Positions 1-14,752 of a stretch of DNA of 64,000 bases are shown here, in pieces. Origin of the DNA: an uncultured Chloroflexia bacterium (GTDB lineage: Bacteria > Chloroflexota > Limnocylindria > Limnocylindrales > CSP1-4); the NCBI GenBank assembly GCA_963766735.1, contig CAVYBU010000007.1:320001-384000 (forward strand), in the 5' to 3' direction. The position numbers were made by a program, and so were the translations under genes. The notes beneath the pieces are model-generated. The model saw nothing but the letters and a program-made list of their open reading frames with translations. It ran no database searches and was not told the origin of the DNA. Positions within the stretch are counted from its first letter, which is position 1. Each line of letters begins with the position of its first letter.

Positions 1-147
1 TCGATCGTCAGCCAGGCGTGGAGGCCGTGGTCGGTGCCTCGGGCGCGGGCGAGGTGCGCGGCCGTGAGCTCGCGCGAGGAGACGATCGCCGGCCCGGAGG
101 CGGGCGGCCATCTGGTGCGCGGGCAGCGTCGTCGGGTCTGCCGTCAT
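1..147 (-). CDS. gatA: Asp-tRNA(Asn)/Glu-tRNA(Gln) amidotransferase subunit A, 5' fragment (runs off the window; apparent 1-nt insertion near 85)
   Basis: ATG at 147, just after gatC. It reads MTADPTTLPAHQMAARLRAGD and, after a +1 shift, VSSRELTAAHLAR...LHAWLTID, a typical GatA N-terminus. Confidence 0.8.
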   Translation of the reverse strand, partial: MTADPTTLPAHQMAARLRAGDRLLARAHGRAPRPRPRHRPRPPRLADDR

Positions 148-154
148 CGGCCGC

Positions 155-451
155 TCAGTCGCCGCCCAGGATCGCCGGGACGACGAAGAAGTCACCGTCG
201 CGCTCGGGTGCGTTCGCCAGGACCGCGTCGGCCGCCAGGGATGGCCGGGCCACGTCCTCCCGGAGGATGTTCTCCAGCTCGATGACCTGCGCCGTGGGCG
301 GGATCGCGTCGGTGTCCAGGTCCGCGAGCTTGGCGTACTGGTCCAGGATGTGGTTGAGCTGCCCCTCGAGCCGGGCGATCTCCTCGTCCGTGAGCCCGAG
401 TCGGGCGAGGTGGGCAACGTGCTCGACATCGGCACGGGTAAGCGAGGCCAT
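155..451 (-). CDS. gatC: Asp-tRNA(Asn)/Glu-tRNA(Gln) amidotransferase subunit C
   Basis: LTRADVEHVAHLARL...NILREDV...VLANAPERDGDFFVVPAIL is the GatC pattern; 98 aa. Confidence 0.95.
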   Translation of the reverse strand: MASLTRADVEHVAHLARLGLTDEEIARLEGQLNHILDQYAKLADLDTDAIPPTAQVIELENILREDVARPSLAADAVLANAPERDGDFFVVPAILGGD

Positions 452-568
452 GGCGGGATGATACGCGGCCCGGATGCGACGGCCGGCGCGAGGACTGCCC
501 GGAGAGTCCGCCCGGAGGACCCGCCGGACGCCGGCAATCGGTCGCCCAGGGGGGACGCCCCCTGACCC

Positions 569-1526
569 CTAGAGCGGACCGTGCGGTGGTCGGCGGCGTC
601 TGGAGCTCCGGCGGCCACCCGGTCTGGTCGACCCGAGGCTGCGCGGCCGAGGCCGCGGCGGAGGGCCCGCCCTGCCCCTGCGAGGCGCCCAGGAACCGCG
701 ACAGGAACTGGCGCGTGCGCTCCTCCTGCGGCCGGTCGATCACCTGCTCGGGCGGACCGATCTCGACGAAGACGCCCTCATCGATGAAGTAGACGCGGTC
801 GGCCGCCTCGCGGGCGAACTGCCATCTCGTGCGTGACCACGATCATGGTCTGCGCCCTCGTGGGCCAGGTCCTCCATGACGTTGAGCACCTCGCCGACGA
901 GCGACGGGTCAAGGGCCGACGTGGGCTCGTCGAAGAGCAGCACCTTGGGCTCCATCGTCAGCGCCCGGGCGATCGCGACGCGCTGGCTTCTGGCCGCCGG
1001 AGAGGCGCGCCGGGTACTCGTCGCGCTTGTCCTGACAGGCCCACCTTGTCGAGGTAGTTCTCCGCGAGCGCAACGGCCTCGCTTCCTCGACAGGCCCTTG
1101 ACGCGGATCGGGCCCTCGATGAGGTTGTCGATCACGGAGAGGTGCGGGAACAGGTTGAACTCCTGGAACACCATCCCGGCCTGGATCCGCATCTGGCGGA
1201 TCTGCTCGCGATGGTGGCCGGAGCGGCCGCCGAACGGCATCGCCTCGACCGGGTAGTTGCCGATGGTCACGGTGCCGGCGCTGGGCTCCTCGAGGAAGTT
1301 GATGCATCGCAGGAAGGTGCTCTTGCCGGACCCGGAGCGACCCAGGATCGCGATCGTCTCGCGCGGACAGACCGTCATGGAGCAGCCACGGAGCACGTGG
1401 TTGGTCCCGAAGTACTTCTCGATGTCGGTCGCGAGGACGATGGGATCCGAGCCCGCGGGCGTCAGGGCACCCGGGATTCGGAGGGGTGGATGACTGCTTG
1501 GCGGGGATAGCCGTGGCATTGCTCAC
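569..1526 (-). pseudogene. Polar amino-acid ABC transporter ATP-binding protein (GlnQ family), frameshifted as sequenced, probably intact in vivo; both ends approximate
   Basis: Walker A GRSGSGKST, Q-loop MVFQEFNLFPH, signature LSGGQKQRVAIARAL, Walker B LLFDEPTSALD and H-loop VVTHEM are spread over three frames by at least 5 single-base insertions. Confidence 0.85.
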
Positions 1527-2386
1527 GGGGGTTCACCGCTCGATCGCCGACGGCCAGGCGCTTCTCGAGCCGGTCCTGGAAGTACGAGAGGACGATGGTC
1601 ATGGCCCAGTAGACGAGCGCCGCGACGATCAGCGTCTGGATCGACTTGTAGGTCGGCCGGCCGGCCGCCTGTGCCTTCCACAGGAGCTCGTGGACGCCGA
1701 TCACCGACACCAGCGAGGAGTCCTTGACCATCGAGATGAAGTCGTTGCCGATGGCCGGGATAATGATCCGGACCGCCTGCGGAACGACGATGCGCCGCAT
1801 GCGTGTCCGTCCGCTCATCCCCAGCGACTGCTGCCGCCTCCGTCTGGCCACGCGGAACGGCCTGGATGCCGGCCCGGAAGGTCTCGGTCATGTACGCGCC
1901 GTAGTTGAAGGCGAGCGCGATGATGCCGAGGACCTCCTTGGGCACGTCGTTGATGAACGGCAAGACCTGCGGCAAGGCGAGGTAGATGAACAGGATCTGC
2001 ACGAGAAGTGGGGTGCCGCGAACCATCGACACATAGAGCGTCGACAGCGAGTAGAGGATGGAGTTGGAGCTCAGGCGCCCCAGGGCGCCGACCACCGCGA
2101 ATGCGATCGCGAACGCGATGGAGATCACTGCGACGTAGATCGTGGTCGTGACGCCGCCGAGGATGTACGGCATCCACTCGGCCATGAAGGGGAAGTCGAC
2201 CTTCCCTGCCACGACGAGCGACGAGAGCGCGCCGCCGATGACGATCAGCCAAGTCGCGATGAAGATCAGCCGGAACCTGCGCTGCTGGCGCCGCCGCTGC
2301 TCGGCGATGGCCGCGACGATCGGGTTCGTCGCTTCGGCGGGAACGCCACCCACAGGCGCGCCCACTGCACCGCTCGCTGCTGTCAT
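1523..2386 (-). pseudogene. Polar amino-acid ABC transporter permease (HisM/GlnP family), frameshifted near 1830 as sequenced
   Basis: RGTPLLVQI and AYMTETFRAGIQAVPRGQTEAA lie in one frame; SLGMS...RRIVVPQAVRIIIPAIGNDFISMVKDSSL continues in another. Confidence 0.85.
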
Positions 2387-2410
2387 TGCGTCCTCCCGTC
2401 GCCTAACGAG

Positions 2411-2440
2411 AACGGGGGCGTCCGTTCGGACACCCCCGTT
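2411..2440 (-). terminator. Stem-loop between the binding-protein and permease genes (partial terminator or mRNA stabiliser)
   Basis: AACGGGGGTGTCCG-AA-CGGACGCCCCCGTT on the minus strand, with one G.U wobble. Confidence 0.6.
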
Positions 2441-2460
2441 GGGTTACGTGCTCCGTGGCG

Positions 2461-3399
2461 TCAGCCGGACGGATCGACCGTGAGGTCCCCGCCGAACCAC
2501 TTCTCGGAGAAGGCCTTCAGCGTCCCGTCGGCACGCATCTCTTCCAGGATCCCGTTGACTCGCAGGACCATGTCCGTCGGATCGGGACCGCTCTTGTCGA
2601 AGGCGACACCAAGCGGCTCCGAGAACACCGGGTCACCGACGGCCACCAGCGGCAGGCCCTCGGCGATGGCCGCATCGACGGTCGTCTTGGAGCTGAGCCA
2701 GCCCTCGAAGTCCTTGCGGCCGGCCTTCCACGTCTCGGCGCACAGCCGGTCTGTGGTCAGGGTCGTGGCCGTTGAGCCCTCGGGGGGCTTGGCGGTCGGG
2801 GTGTAGCTCCCGAGGTCGAGCGTGCCCTGCATCCAGTCGTAGTAGGTGGTGGCCTCGCCGACGCAGATGGTCTTGCCGGCAAGACCCTCGAGCGTCGTGA
2901 TGCCGGATTCGGTCGAGGCGGCCATCTGGGCGGGGGTGTAGTAATACGGATTGCTGAACGCCAGGACCTGCTCACGCGGGGTCGTGATCGTCATCGAACC
3001 CACGCTGAAGTCCCAGCGCGCGCCCCACGAGCCGGCCGTCAGGAGGTTCCAGTCGGGTGTTTCGAAGGCAATATCGACGCCGAGCCGCTTCGCGATCTCG
3101 GTCCCCACGTCGATGTCGAAGCCCTCGTACGTCCCGTCGGACTTGATCTCGGACTGGGGTGGGTACTGCGGATCGGTCGACATCTTGATCGTGCCGGCCG
3201 TGAGCACCTTGTCGAGCAGGCCGCCGGCGATCGGCCCGGCACTCGGCGCCTCGGTGGGTGCCATGGATTCGGCGGCGCTCGGGGCGGCGTCGGTCGGCGG
3301 GGCGGCCGTCGGCGGTGCCGGGGTGGCTGCCCCACCGCTACAGGCGGCGACGAGCACGGCCGTGGTGCCAAGTAGGACTAGGCGTCCTCGTAGGGACAT
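2461..3399 (-). CDS. Amino-acid ABC transporter substrate-binding lipoprotein (SBP family 3)
   Basis: SD AAGGAGGAG before ATG 3399; lipobox LVAAC; DPQYPP, GFDIDV and SMTITTPR motifs. Confidence 0.9.
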   Translation of the reverse strand: MSLRGRLVLLGTTAVLVAACSGGAATPAPPTAAPPTDAAPSAAESMAPTEAPSAGPIAGGLLDKVLTAGTIKMSTDPQYPPQSEIKSDGTYEGFDIDVGTEIAKRLGVDIAFETPDWNLLTAGSWGARWDFSVGSMTITTPREQVLAFSNPYYYTPAQMAASTESGITTLEGLAGKTICVGEATTYYDWMQGTLDLGSYTPTAKPPEGSTATTLTTDRLCAETWKAGRKDFEGWLSSKTTVDAAIAEGLPLVAVGDPVFSEPLGVAFDKSGPDPTDMVLRVNGILEEMRADGTLKAFSEKWFGGDLTVDPSG

Positions 3400-3575
3400 T
3401 CGCTCCTCCTTCACGGGGCATCGCCCGACATACAAGGCGTCGCCTGATTGCGCCCCATTATGTGCCGGTCGGAGGCCAACGCGAGCAAGGGCCGAACGGC
3501 CCCCCGTGCCAAAGGCGCGCCTGAGAGCCGGCGTCAGGCCGGCACCGTCGGTGTCCCGCGGCGGCCGTTCCGGCC

Positions 3576-7203
<3,628 letters not shown>

Positions 7204-7270
7204 GTTCCGCAGCATATGTCCCGGGGCGACGACATGGCATGCACGCCGGAGCTCCGCCAGCACACGTGCC

Positions 7271-7638
7271 TCAGCGAAGGCGGAGGCCCGCGCCGATCGC
7301 GGCTCCCCCGTGGAGTGCCAGGGCGGCGCCGACCAGCATCGTGCAGGCCTCGCCTCTGGTGTCGGCCGAGGTGGACGCCCATGCCCCGATGAGCAGGACG
7401 CCTGTCACGTCGCCGCCACGCCCACGACGCCCAGACCCAGACGGATCGGGTCCGCCGGGCGCACGAGGAATGCCACGGCAGCAGCAACCGCGGCCAGGTC
7501 AACGGCCGTCACGATCGCCCACACGACCACGTTGTCCGGATCCCGAACGGGCAGCACGAACACCATGACGGAGACCAGCCACAGCCCGACCAGCGCGGCC
7601 ACGATGGTCGTCGCCGCCAGGGCGCCTCGCCGGGTCAG
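7271..7638 (-). CDS. Small multi-pass membrane protein, with an apparent 1-nt deletion near 7408
   Basis: Hydrophobic helices (ALAATTIVAALVGLWLVSVMVFVL; VVVWAIVTAVDLAAVAAAVAFLV) continue in another frame as VTGVLLIGAW...ALALHGGAAIGAGLRLR-stop. Start uncertain. Confidence 0.55.
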
Positions 7639-10331
7639 CCGATGACCTCGAGGTTCGCGAGGCTGGCGAGCATCGTCTTGCGGCCGACGGACAGGTCCTT
7701 GAAGCCGACCATCACCTCCTCGTCGTCCCGAGTCAGCTTCGAGGTGATCACGATGCCGTCGCCCCACCGGGCGTGGCGCACGCGGTCCCCGTCGCGGTAG
7801 CGGCGTTGCCCGGGGACGATCGGCCGGGGCGGGATCGCCGCTCGCGGCTGTGGCTGCGGCGACAGTGATCCCGACGGCGCCCCCGCTGCGAACGCGTCGC
7901 GCTTCGCGCCCAGGTCCCTCGTCGGCCGGAACGTCTCCCCGGCCTGCGGCGCCCCCGGTCGCCCGCTTCCCTGCCGGTAGGCACCTCCGCCGGCCCGGAC
8001 GCCGGCCCCGAACCGTGACCCCCGCTCGCGGAACACGACGTCCGGGTCGAGGTCTGCGCCCATCTCGCCCCCGCCCTGGAGCCGCGGCCCGGACATCAGC
8101 TCCGGCGGGATCTCCAGCAGGAACCGGGACGGAATGCTCATGCCGCCGCCGCCCCACGTCGCGCGGCGCCAGGCGTGGGAGAGGAACAGCCGCCGCTTGG
8201 CGCGGGTGATGCCGACGTACGCGAGCCGGCGCTCCTCCTCCAGCTCCTTCTCGTCGTCCAGGGCCCGGTTGTGCGGGAAGAGACCCTCCTCCATGCCGGC
8301 GATGAACACGACCGGGAACTCCAGGCCCTTGGCGGCATGGAGCGTGATGAGCGTCACCGCATCGGCCTCGCCCTCGTACGTGTCCTGGTCCGCCACCAGC
8401 GCCGTCTCCTCCAGGAGTCGGTCCAGGGCATCCTCGGGTGAGAGGTCCTCGTAGCGCAACGTGACCTCGCGCAGCTCGAGCAGGTTCGCCCAGCGGTCCT
8501 CGCCTTCCTCGGAACCGTCCGCGAGCATCGCCCGGTAGCCGGACGTCTCGAGGATCTCGTCCAGCAGCTCCGGCAGCGGCAGCACCCCGATCCGCTTCCG
8601 CAGCCTCCGAACCAGCGCCACGAATTCGCCGAGGGCCGTCCGGATGCGCGGCCCCAGTCCCTCCACGGAGCCGGCAGCGCCCGCCTCGACCGCCGCCCAG
8701 ACGTCGTCGCCGTGCCTCACCGCGTAGCGCCGCAGCGCCTCCACGCTCTTCTCGCCCACACCGCGCGCCGGGACGTTGATGATCCGCTCGAACGAGACGA
8801 CGTCCGTGTCCGATCTGAGCACCCGAAGGTAGGCCAGCGCGTCCTTGACCTCGCGCCGCTGGTAGAAACGCGTGCCGCCGACCAGCTGGTAGCGAATCCC
8901 ATAACGGAGGAACGCCTCCTCGATGGCGCGGGACTGCGCGTTCATCCGGTACATCACGGCCACGCCCTTGGGCCGGAACCGCGTGGACTCGTCGTCGTCG
9001 GCCCGGCGGGTCAGCAGGGAACCGCGGCCGGTTGAACCCACCAGGCCCTCCACCTGGCGGGCGATCCACTCGGCCTCCTCGTCCTCGTTGTAGGCCTCGA
9101 AGCGCTGGATCGGCACGCCGCCCTGGTTGTTCGTCCAGAGCTTCTTGTCCGTGCGGCGTTCGTTGCGCGAGACCACGGAGTGCGCCGCGTCCAGGATCAG
9201 CTGCGTGGAACGGTAGTTCTGCTCCAGCTTCACGACCGTGACGTCGGGGTAGTCGCGCTCGAAGTCGAGGATGTTCTGCACGTTGGCGCCGCGCCAGCCG
9301 TAGATCGACTGGTCGTCGTCCCCCACCACGCACAGGTTCCGGTGGGCCGCGGCGAGGGCCCGCACCCACAGGTACTGCGGCCGGTTGGTGTCCTGGTACT
9401 CGTCCACATGGAGGTAGCGCCAGCGGGCCTGGTACTTCTCCAGCACCTCGGGCGCACCCTCGAACAGCTCCACCGCACGCAGGAGCAGGTCGTCGAAGTC
9501 GAGCGCGATCGCGGCGCGGAGTCGCTCCCGGTAGCGGGCCGCCAGCTTCGCGATGACCCGCTCCTTGTGCGTCGTCGCGTTCTCGGCGAGAAACACGTCG
9601 TCGAGCATCTCGTTCTTGGCCCGGCTGATGGCACCCAGGATCGCGGCCGGACGGAACTCGCCCGTGGCAGGCAGGTCCTCCTCGGCCAGGATCCGCTTCA
9701 TCAGCTGCTGCTGGTCGTCCGTGTCGTAGATGACGAAGCGCCGGTCGAGCCCGATCGCCTCTCCGTCGCGCCGCAGGACACGTGCGCACAGGGCGTGGAA
9801 GGTTCCGGCCTCCACCTCCTTGCCCTGTTCCCCGACCAGGGCGATGATCCGCTCCCGGAGCTCACCGGCTGCCCGGTTCGTGAAGGTCACGGCGAGGATC
9901 CGGCGCGGCTGGACCGCCTTCACGCCGATGAGATACGCGATCCGGTGGGCGACCACGCGCGTCTTGCCGGACCCCGCTCCGGCCAGGATCAGGAGGGGGC
10001 CGTCCGTGGTGGTGACCGCCCGGGCCTGTTCCGGGTTGAGGTTCGTGACGATCTCGTCGGCGCGGGCGGCGCGGCGCTCCGCGAGCGCGGCGGCCACAGC
10101 CGCGGGGTCCAGGGCGGGCGCGGTGCCAACCTCGGGTTCCGGGGGCGCGTCCCGAAGCCATTCCGGCTCCTCCGGCGGGGCCGGCTCGGGTTGTGCCGGC
10201 TGATCCGAACCGCCGGTTCCGGCACCCGGGTCAGCGTCCGACCCGAAGTCCAGCCACGTGCCCTGGACGTCGGGCTCCGCGGCACGGGTGCGACGGCGCT
10301 TCGCGGGCTGGCCGGAAGGGGTGGGACTCAC
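7635..10331 (-). CDS. pcrA: ATP-dependent DNA helicase PcrA/UvrD, with a low-complexity N-terminal extension
   Basis: LAGAGSGKT, VTFTNRAA, VDEYQDTN, VGDDDQSIYGWRGA, LEQNYRST, TLHAAKGLEF and EERRLAYVGITRA motifs; C-terminal Tudor-like GDRVRHARWGDG. Confidence 0.96.
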   Translation of the reverse strand: MSPTPSGQPAKRRRTRAAEPDVQGTWLDFGSDADPGAGTGGSDQPAQPEPAPPEEPEWLRDAPPEPEVGTAPALDPAAVAAALAERRAARADEIVTNLNPEQARAVTTTDGPLLILAGAGSGKTRVVAHRIAYLIGVKAVQPRRILAVTFTNRAAGELRERIIALVGEQGKEVEAGTFHALCARVLRRDGEAIGLDRRFVIYDTDDQQQLMKRILAEEDLPATGEFRPAAILGAISRAKNEMLDDVFLAENATTHKERVIAKLAARYRERLRAAIALDFDDLLLRAVELFEGAPEVLEKYQARWRYLHVDEYQDTNRPQYLWVRALAAAHRNLCVVGDDDQSIYGWRGANVQNILDFERDYPDVTVVKLEQNYRSTQLILDAAHSVVSRNERRTDKKLWTNNQGGVPIQRFEAYNEDEEAEWIARQVEGLVGSTGRGSLLTRRADDDESTRFRPKGVAVMYRMNAQSRAIEEAFLRYGIRYQLVGGTRFYQRREVKDALAYLRVLRSDTDVVSFERIINVPARGVGEKSVEALRRYAVRHGDDVWAAVEAGAAGSVEGLGPRIRTALGEFVALVRRLRKRIGVLPLPELLDEILETSGYRAMLADGSEEGEDRWANLLELREVTLRYEDLSPEDALDRLLEETALVADQDTYEGEADAVTLITLHAAKGLEFPVVFIAGMEEGLFPHNRALDDEKELEEERRLAYVGITRAKRRLFLSHAWRRATWGGGGMSIPSRFLLEIPPELMSGPRLQGGGEMGADLDPDVVFRERGSRFGAGVRAGGGAYRQGSGRPGAPQAGETFRPTRDLGAKRDAFAAGAPSGSLSPQPQPRAAIPPRPIVPGQRRYRDGDRVRHARWGDGIVITSKLTRDDEEVMVGFKDLSVGRKTMLASLANLEVIG

Positions 10332-10354
10332 CCGCCCATTCTAGGTTGGGCGGC

Positions 10355-11191
10355 TCACTCCGGGCTCACGGGCGGCTCATCGATCCGGACTGGTGCGTCC
10401 CAGTCCCAGAACCTGAGCACGAGCCGCAGGTCGATCGTTCCGTCCTCCGAGGCCGCGATCACGCTGAGTGAGGTCGGGCGCAGCGTGAGCGCGTCCGTCC
10501 GAAGCGTGACGACGGTTGAGACGGGGGGCACCGTGGCGTCGGACGCACCGGGCAGCATTCCCGTCAGGATGCCGGCCGGATCGGTCCCTGCCTCCAGGCG
10601 GACCTCGTGACAGCGACCCGAGGCGCTGCCGCACGCGACGTCCGTCGTCGTTGGCGTCCGGCCGCTGCTGTCCAGATAGGAGCGAAGGCGGTCCACGAGC
10701 GTGAGGGGGTTGATGTCCACGCCGGTATCGGACGTCGCCTCCACGACCGGAGCCTGTTGCCACGGGCCACCCCCGTTCCGATACCAGGCCGTCGTCCAGA
10801 CGGTGATCGTCTCGAGGTCCACGCCAAGGGGAAGCGCCCTGATGCGCGCCCTTGTGCGGGCGTCGCGAGGCCGCAGATCTGCGGTGAGCTGTGTCCCGGC
10901 GAGGTCAACCTCGGCCTCGTCCCGCTCCAGGAGCGTGCCCGGCAGGGTGCCCTCGAGCGTGCCGTCGACATGGACGGAGGCTGCATCGAGGGTCGCCTGG
11001 AGCGAGCGAGCGATCATCTCGCCCGGGTCGGTGACCTGGTCCGGCGGCACCACGCCCGCGAGTGGCCCGATGCCGACCGCGCGACCCACGCCCGCCGCCA
11101 CCACCAGCAGGAGGACGAGCGTGAGGGCACCCTGAACCGCGCCGCCGATCAGCGGGCGGCGACGGACCGTTGGCGGCGTCGGGCGGCTCAG
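10355..11191 (-). CDS. Membrane-anchored exported protein, possibly LppX/LprG/LolA-like fold; start uncertain
   Basis: N-terminal TM segment, beta-rich body with a Cys pair (ACGSASGRC) and a C-terminal FWDWDAPVRIDEP typical of LppX/LprAFG-like proteins. Fold is inferred. Confidence 0.6.
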   Translation of the reverse strand: MSRPTPPTVRRRPLIGGAVQGALTLVLLLVVAAGVGRAVGIGPLAGVVPPDQVTDPGEMIARSLQATLDAASVHVDGTLEGTLPGTLLERDEAEVDLAGTQLTADLRPRDARTRARIRALPLGVDLETITVWTTAWYRNGGGPWQQAPVVEATSDTGVDINPLTLVDRLRSYLDSSGRTPTTTDVACGSASGRCHEVRLEAGTDPAGILTGMLPGASDATVPPVSTVVTLRTDALTLRPTSLSVIAASEDGTIDLRLVLRFWDWDAPVRIDEPPVSPE

Positions 11192-11652
11192 CCGGGTGCG
11201 CCCGGAGGAGGAGGCGGAACGGACCCAGGAGAGCCGAACGAGGTGGGCTGCCCACCGTACTGACCCGGCGCGCCGTACTGCCCGGCGGGAGCCCCGTATC
11301 CGCCGGGAGCGCCGTAGGCCGGGTAGCCCCCGGACGGTCCCACGGGTCCAAGGGCTTCGACCTGCATCTCGATACCGCCGACCCAGCCCGCGGCCAGGTT
11401 GTAGATGGCACAAGCGATGGCCGTCACGATCCAGCCGATCACCGCGTAGATGGCGGCCCCGAACAGGCCGAACAGCAGCACCCCGGCAACGCCCGCCCCG
11501 AACCCGGCAAACCCGCCGTCCGGCACCATCGACACGCCGATGATCGCCAGCGGGAACAGGATCACCAGCGTCACGATGAGCGTCATCACCGCATACATGG
11601 CCGCGGCCACGGTCGCCGTCTTGACGATTCCAAAGCGCCGGATGCGGATCAT
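11188..11652 (-). CDS. Membrane protein (DUF3566-like) with Gly/Pro/Tyr-rich tail
   Basis: Two TM segments followed by IYNLAAGWVGGIEM; AGGAGG SD. Confidence 0.7.
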   Translation of the reverse strand: MIRIRRFGIVKTATVAAAMYAVMTLIVTLVILFPLAIIGVSMVPDGGFAGFGAGVAGVLLFGLFGAAIYAVIGWIVTAIACAIYNLAAGWVGGIEMQVEALGPVGPSGGYPAYGAPGGYGAPAGQYGAPGQYGGQPTSFGSPGSVPPPPPGAPG

Positions 11653-11729
11653 CGAGGCCTCCTGGCAGGTTTCGGGGTGGCCCGAGTGTACGCCCGCGGA
11701 CGCGACGCTCCGCAGCAGGCGGGACGCAG

Positions 11730-11764
11730 AACGGCCCCCGGAGGCGGTGCCTCCGGGGGCCGTT
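11730..11764 (-). terminator. Intrinsic terminator downstream of groEL
   Basis: Perfect 16-bp stem AACGGCCCCCGGAGGC/GCCTCCGGGGGCCGTT, 19 nt after the groEL stop. Confidence 0.8.
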
Positions 11765-11783
11765 GGTTGTCGCGAGGTTCGGA

Positions 11784-13454
<1,671 letters not shown>

Positions 13455-13491
13455 TCAGGCGCCGGCGAGTCGGTGCCGGCGGTGCGCCGCG

Positions 13492-13800
13492 TCAGTCCTC
13501 GACGATCGCGAGGATGTCCTTCTGGCTGACGATGAGGAGATCCTCGGCGTCGACCTTGAACTCGGTCCCGGCGTACTTCGCGTACAGGACCTTGTCGCCG
13601 ACGGCGACATCCATGGTCTCGCGGGATCCGTCGTCGAGGATCTTGCCGGGGCCTGCGGAGAGGACGACGCCCTCCTGGGGCTTCTCCTTCGCGGTATCCG
13701 GCAGGACGATGCCCGACTTCGTCATCTCCTCACGCGGGGTGGGCTTGATGACGAGGCGGTCGCCCAGCGGGCGGAGCTTCGTCGAAGAGGCGGTGGCCAA
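13492..13800 (-). CDS. groS: Co-chaperonin GroES
   Basis: [23 protein letters not shown] and KYAGTE motifs; TTG start with GGAGG SD. Confidence 0.98.
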   Translation of the reverse strand: MATASSTKLRPLGDRLVIKPTPREEMTKSGIVLPDTAKEKPQEGVVLSAGPGKILDDGSRETMDVAVGDKVLYAKYAGTEFKVDAEDLLIVSQKDILAIVED

Positions 13801-13995
13801 GGTGCATTCCTCCTGTGGCGGCCGCGACCGGCCGCCTGTGGCCTATGACATGGGTCGGGTCGACCGGGCAGGCCGCGGACGCCCCGTGTTGCTCTTGGTC
13901 GAGTGCTGGGCCAGGTTCGCGAGCGGGGGCCTGTGCCGCCGGATGCTTTCCCCGTGGGGTTCCGGCCGGGCCCCAGCGGATCGCGTTCCGCTGGA

Positions 13996-14022
13996 TTGGC
14001 ACTCTCGCGTTGAGAGTGCCAA
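13996..14022. promoter_or_regulatory. CIRCE element (HrcA operator)
   Basis: TTGGCACTC-N9-GAGTGCCAA perfect inverted repeat upstream of groES (consensus TTAGCACTC-N9-GAGTGCTAA). Confidence 0.93.
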
Positions 14023-14023
14023 C

Positions 14024-14052
14024 AAGGTAGCGAATGGTCGTCCGGCTGTCAA
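14024..14052 (-). promoter_or_regulatory. Sigma70-type promoter of groESL
   Basis: TTGACA (14052-14047), 17-nt spacer, TACCTT (14029-14024), directly next to CIRCE. Confidence 0.85.
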
Positions 14053-14386
14053 CCGCGGCGTCGTGGACAGTGCTCACCGCTCACCTGGGCGGCGCGAAAC
14101 GCTGGGACTGGCAGTCACAGCTGCGCCGGAACGCGATGCTGCCCCATGACTGCGGCGCACTCCCCGCGCCTGCGGATGCCCGGATTCGGGCCTCTCCTGC
14201 GACCACCAGCCCCAGGTGAGCCCATCGCGACGGTGCAGCTCTGACCTGGAGTCCTCTGTCCGCTGCCGCCTGGTGGCGCAGCCGCCCGCGCAGCAGCCGG
14301 TCCGGGCAACGAACGACCCCGGCAGCAGGCGCCGCCGGGGTCCGATCTTCGGGCGCCTTGCCTGGGCGAGGCGCTCGTCTACGGGT

Positions 14387-14719
14387 CTAGAGCCCGAGCG
14401 CCTTGGCCTTGGCCGCGGCGAACTCCTCGTCGCTGAGGATGCCGGCAGAGTGCAGGCTGGCGAGGTTCGTCAGCTGCGCCATCACCGGGTCCGCGGCCGG
14501 AGCCGCGGGAGCGGCAGCCGGAGCGGCGGCTGCCGGAGCGGCAGCCTGCTGCGCCTGGAGGGCGGCGATCTGCGCATCCTGGTCGGCCAGCTGCTGCTGC
14601 TGAGCCTGGTCGTTGTACTGCTCCTGGGCCTTCTTGTTCGCGTGGGAGGTGCCCACGCTCGCTGCCGTGCCGACCACGGCTGCCGTCATGAGAAGACCGG
14701 GGCCTCGTCGTCGTCGCAT
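14387..14719 (-). CDS. SHOCT domain-containing protein
   Basis: C-terminal QLTNLASLHSAGILSDEEFAAAKAKALG, Gln/Ala/Pro linker and GPGLL..AAVVGTA N-terminus. Confidence 0.85.
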   Translation of the reverse strand: MRRRRGPGLLMTAAVVGTAASVGTSHANKKAQEQYNDQAQQQQLADQDAQIAALQAQQAAAPAAAAPAAAPAAPAADPVMAQLTNLASLHSAGILSDEEFAAAKAKALGL

Positions 14720-14752
14720 TCGGATTCGTTCCTTCCTGGTCGTTCGGGTGGG

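Noticed and set aside
500-540. GGAGAGTCC...GGACGCCG as a glycine riboswitch start
   Set aside because: The following AAGG and CTCAGG elements are absent, and it is antisense to the neighbouring genes.
569-1900. Programmed frameshifting in the ABC transporter genes
   Set aside because: Too many shifts, no slippery heptamers, and the same pattern affects gatA; error is more parsimonious.
10060-10331. Extra N-terminal domain on PcrA
   Set aside because: Low-complexity Pro/Glu/Ala sequence, probably disordered; no domain evidence.
14088-14125. c-di-GMP-I riboswitch (GAAA loop followed by GGGAC)
   Set aside because: Lacks the GGCAAA and GCAAAG elements, and no same-strand gene follows.
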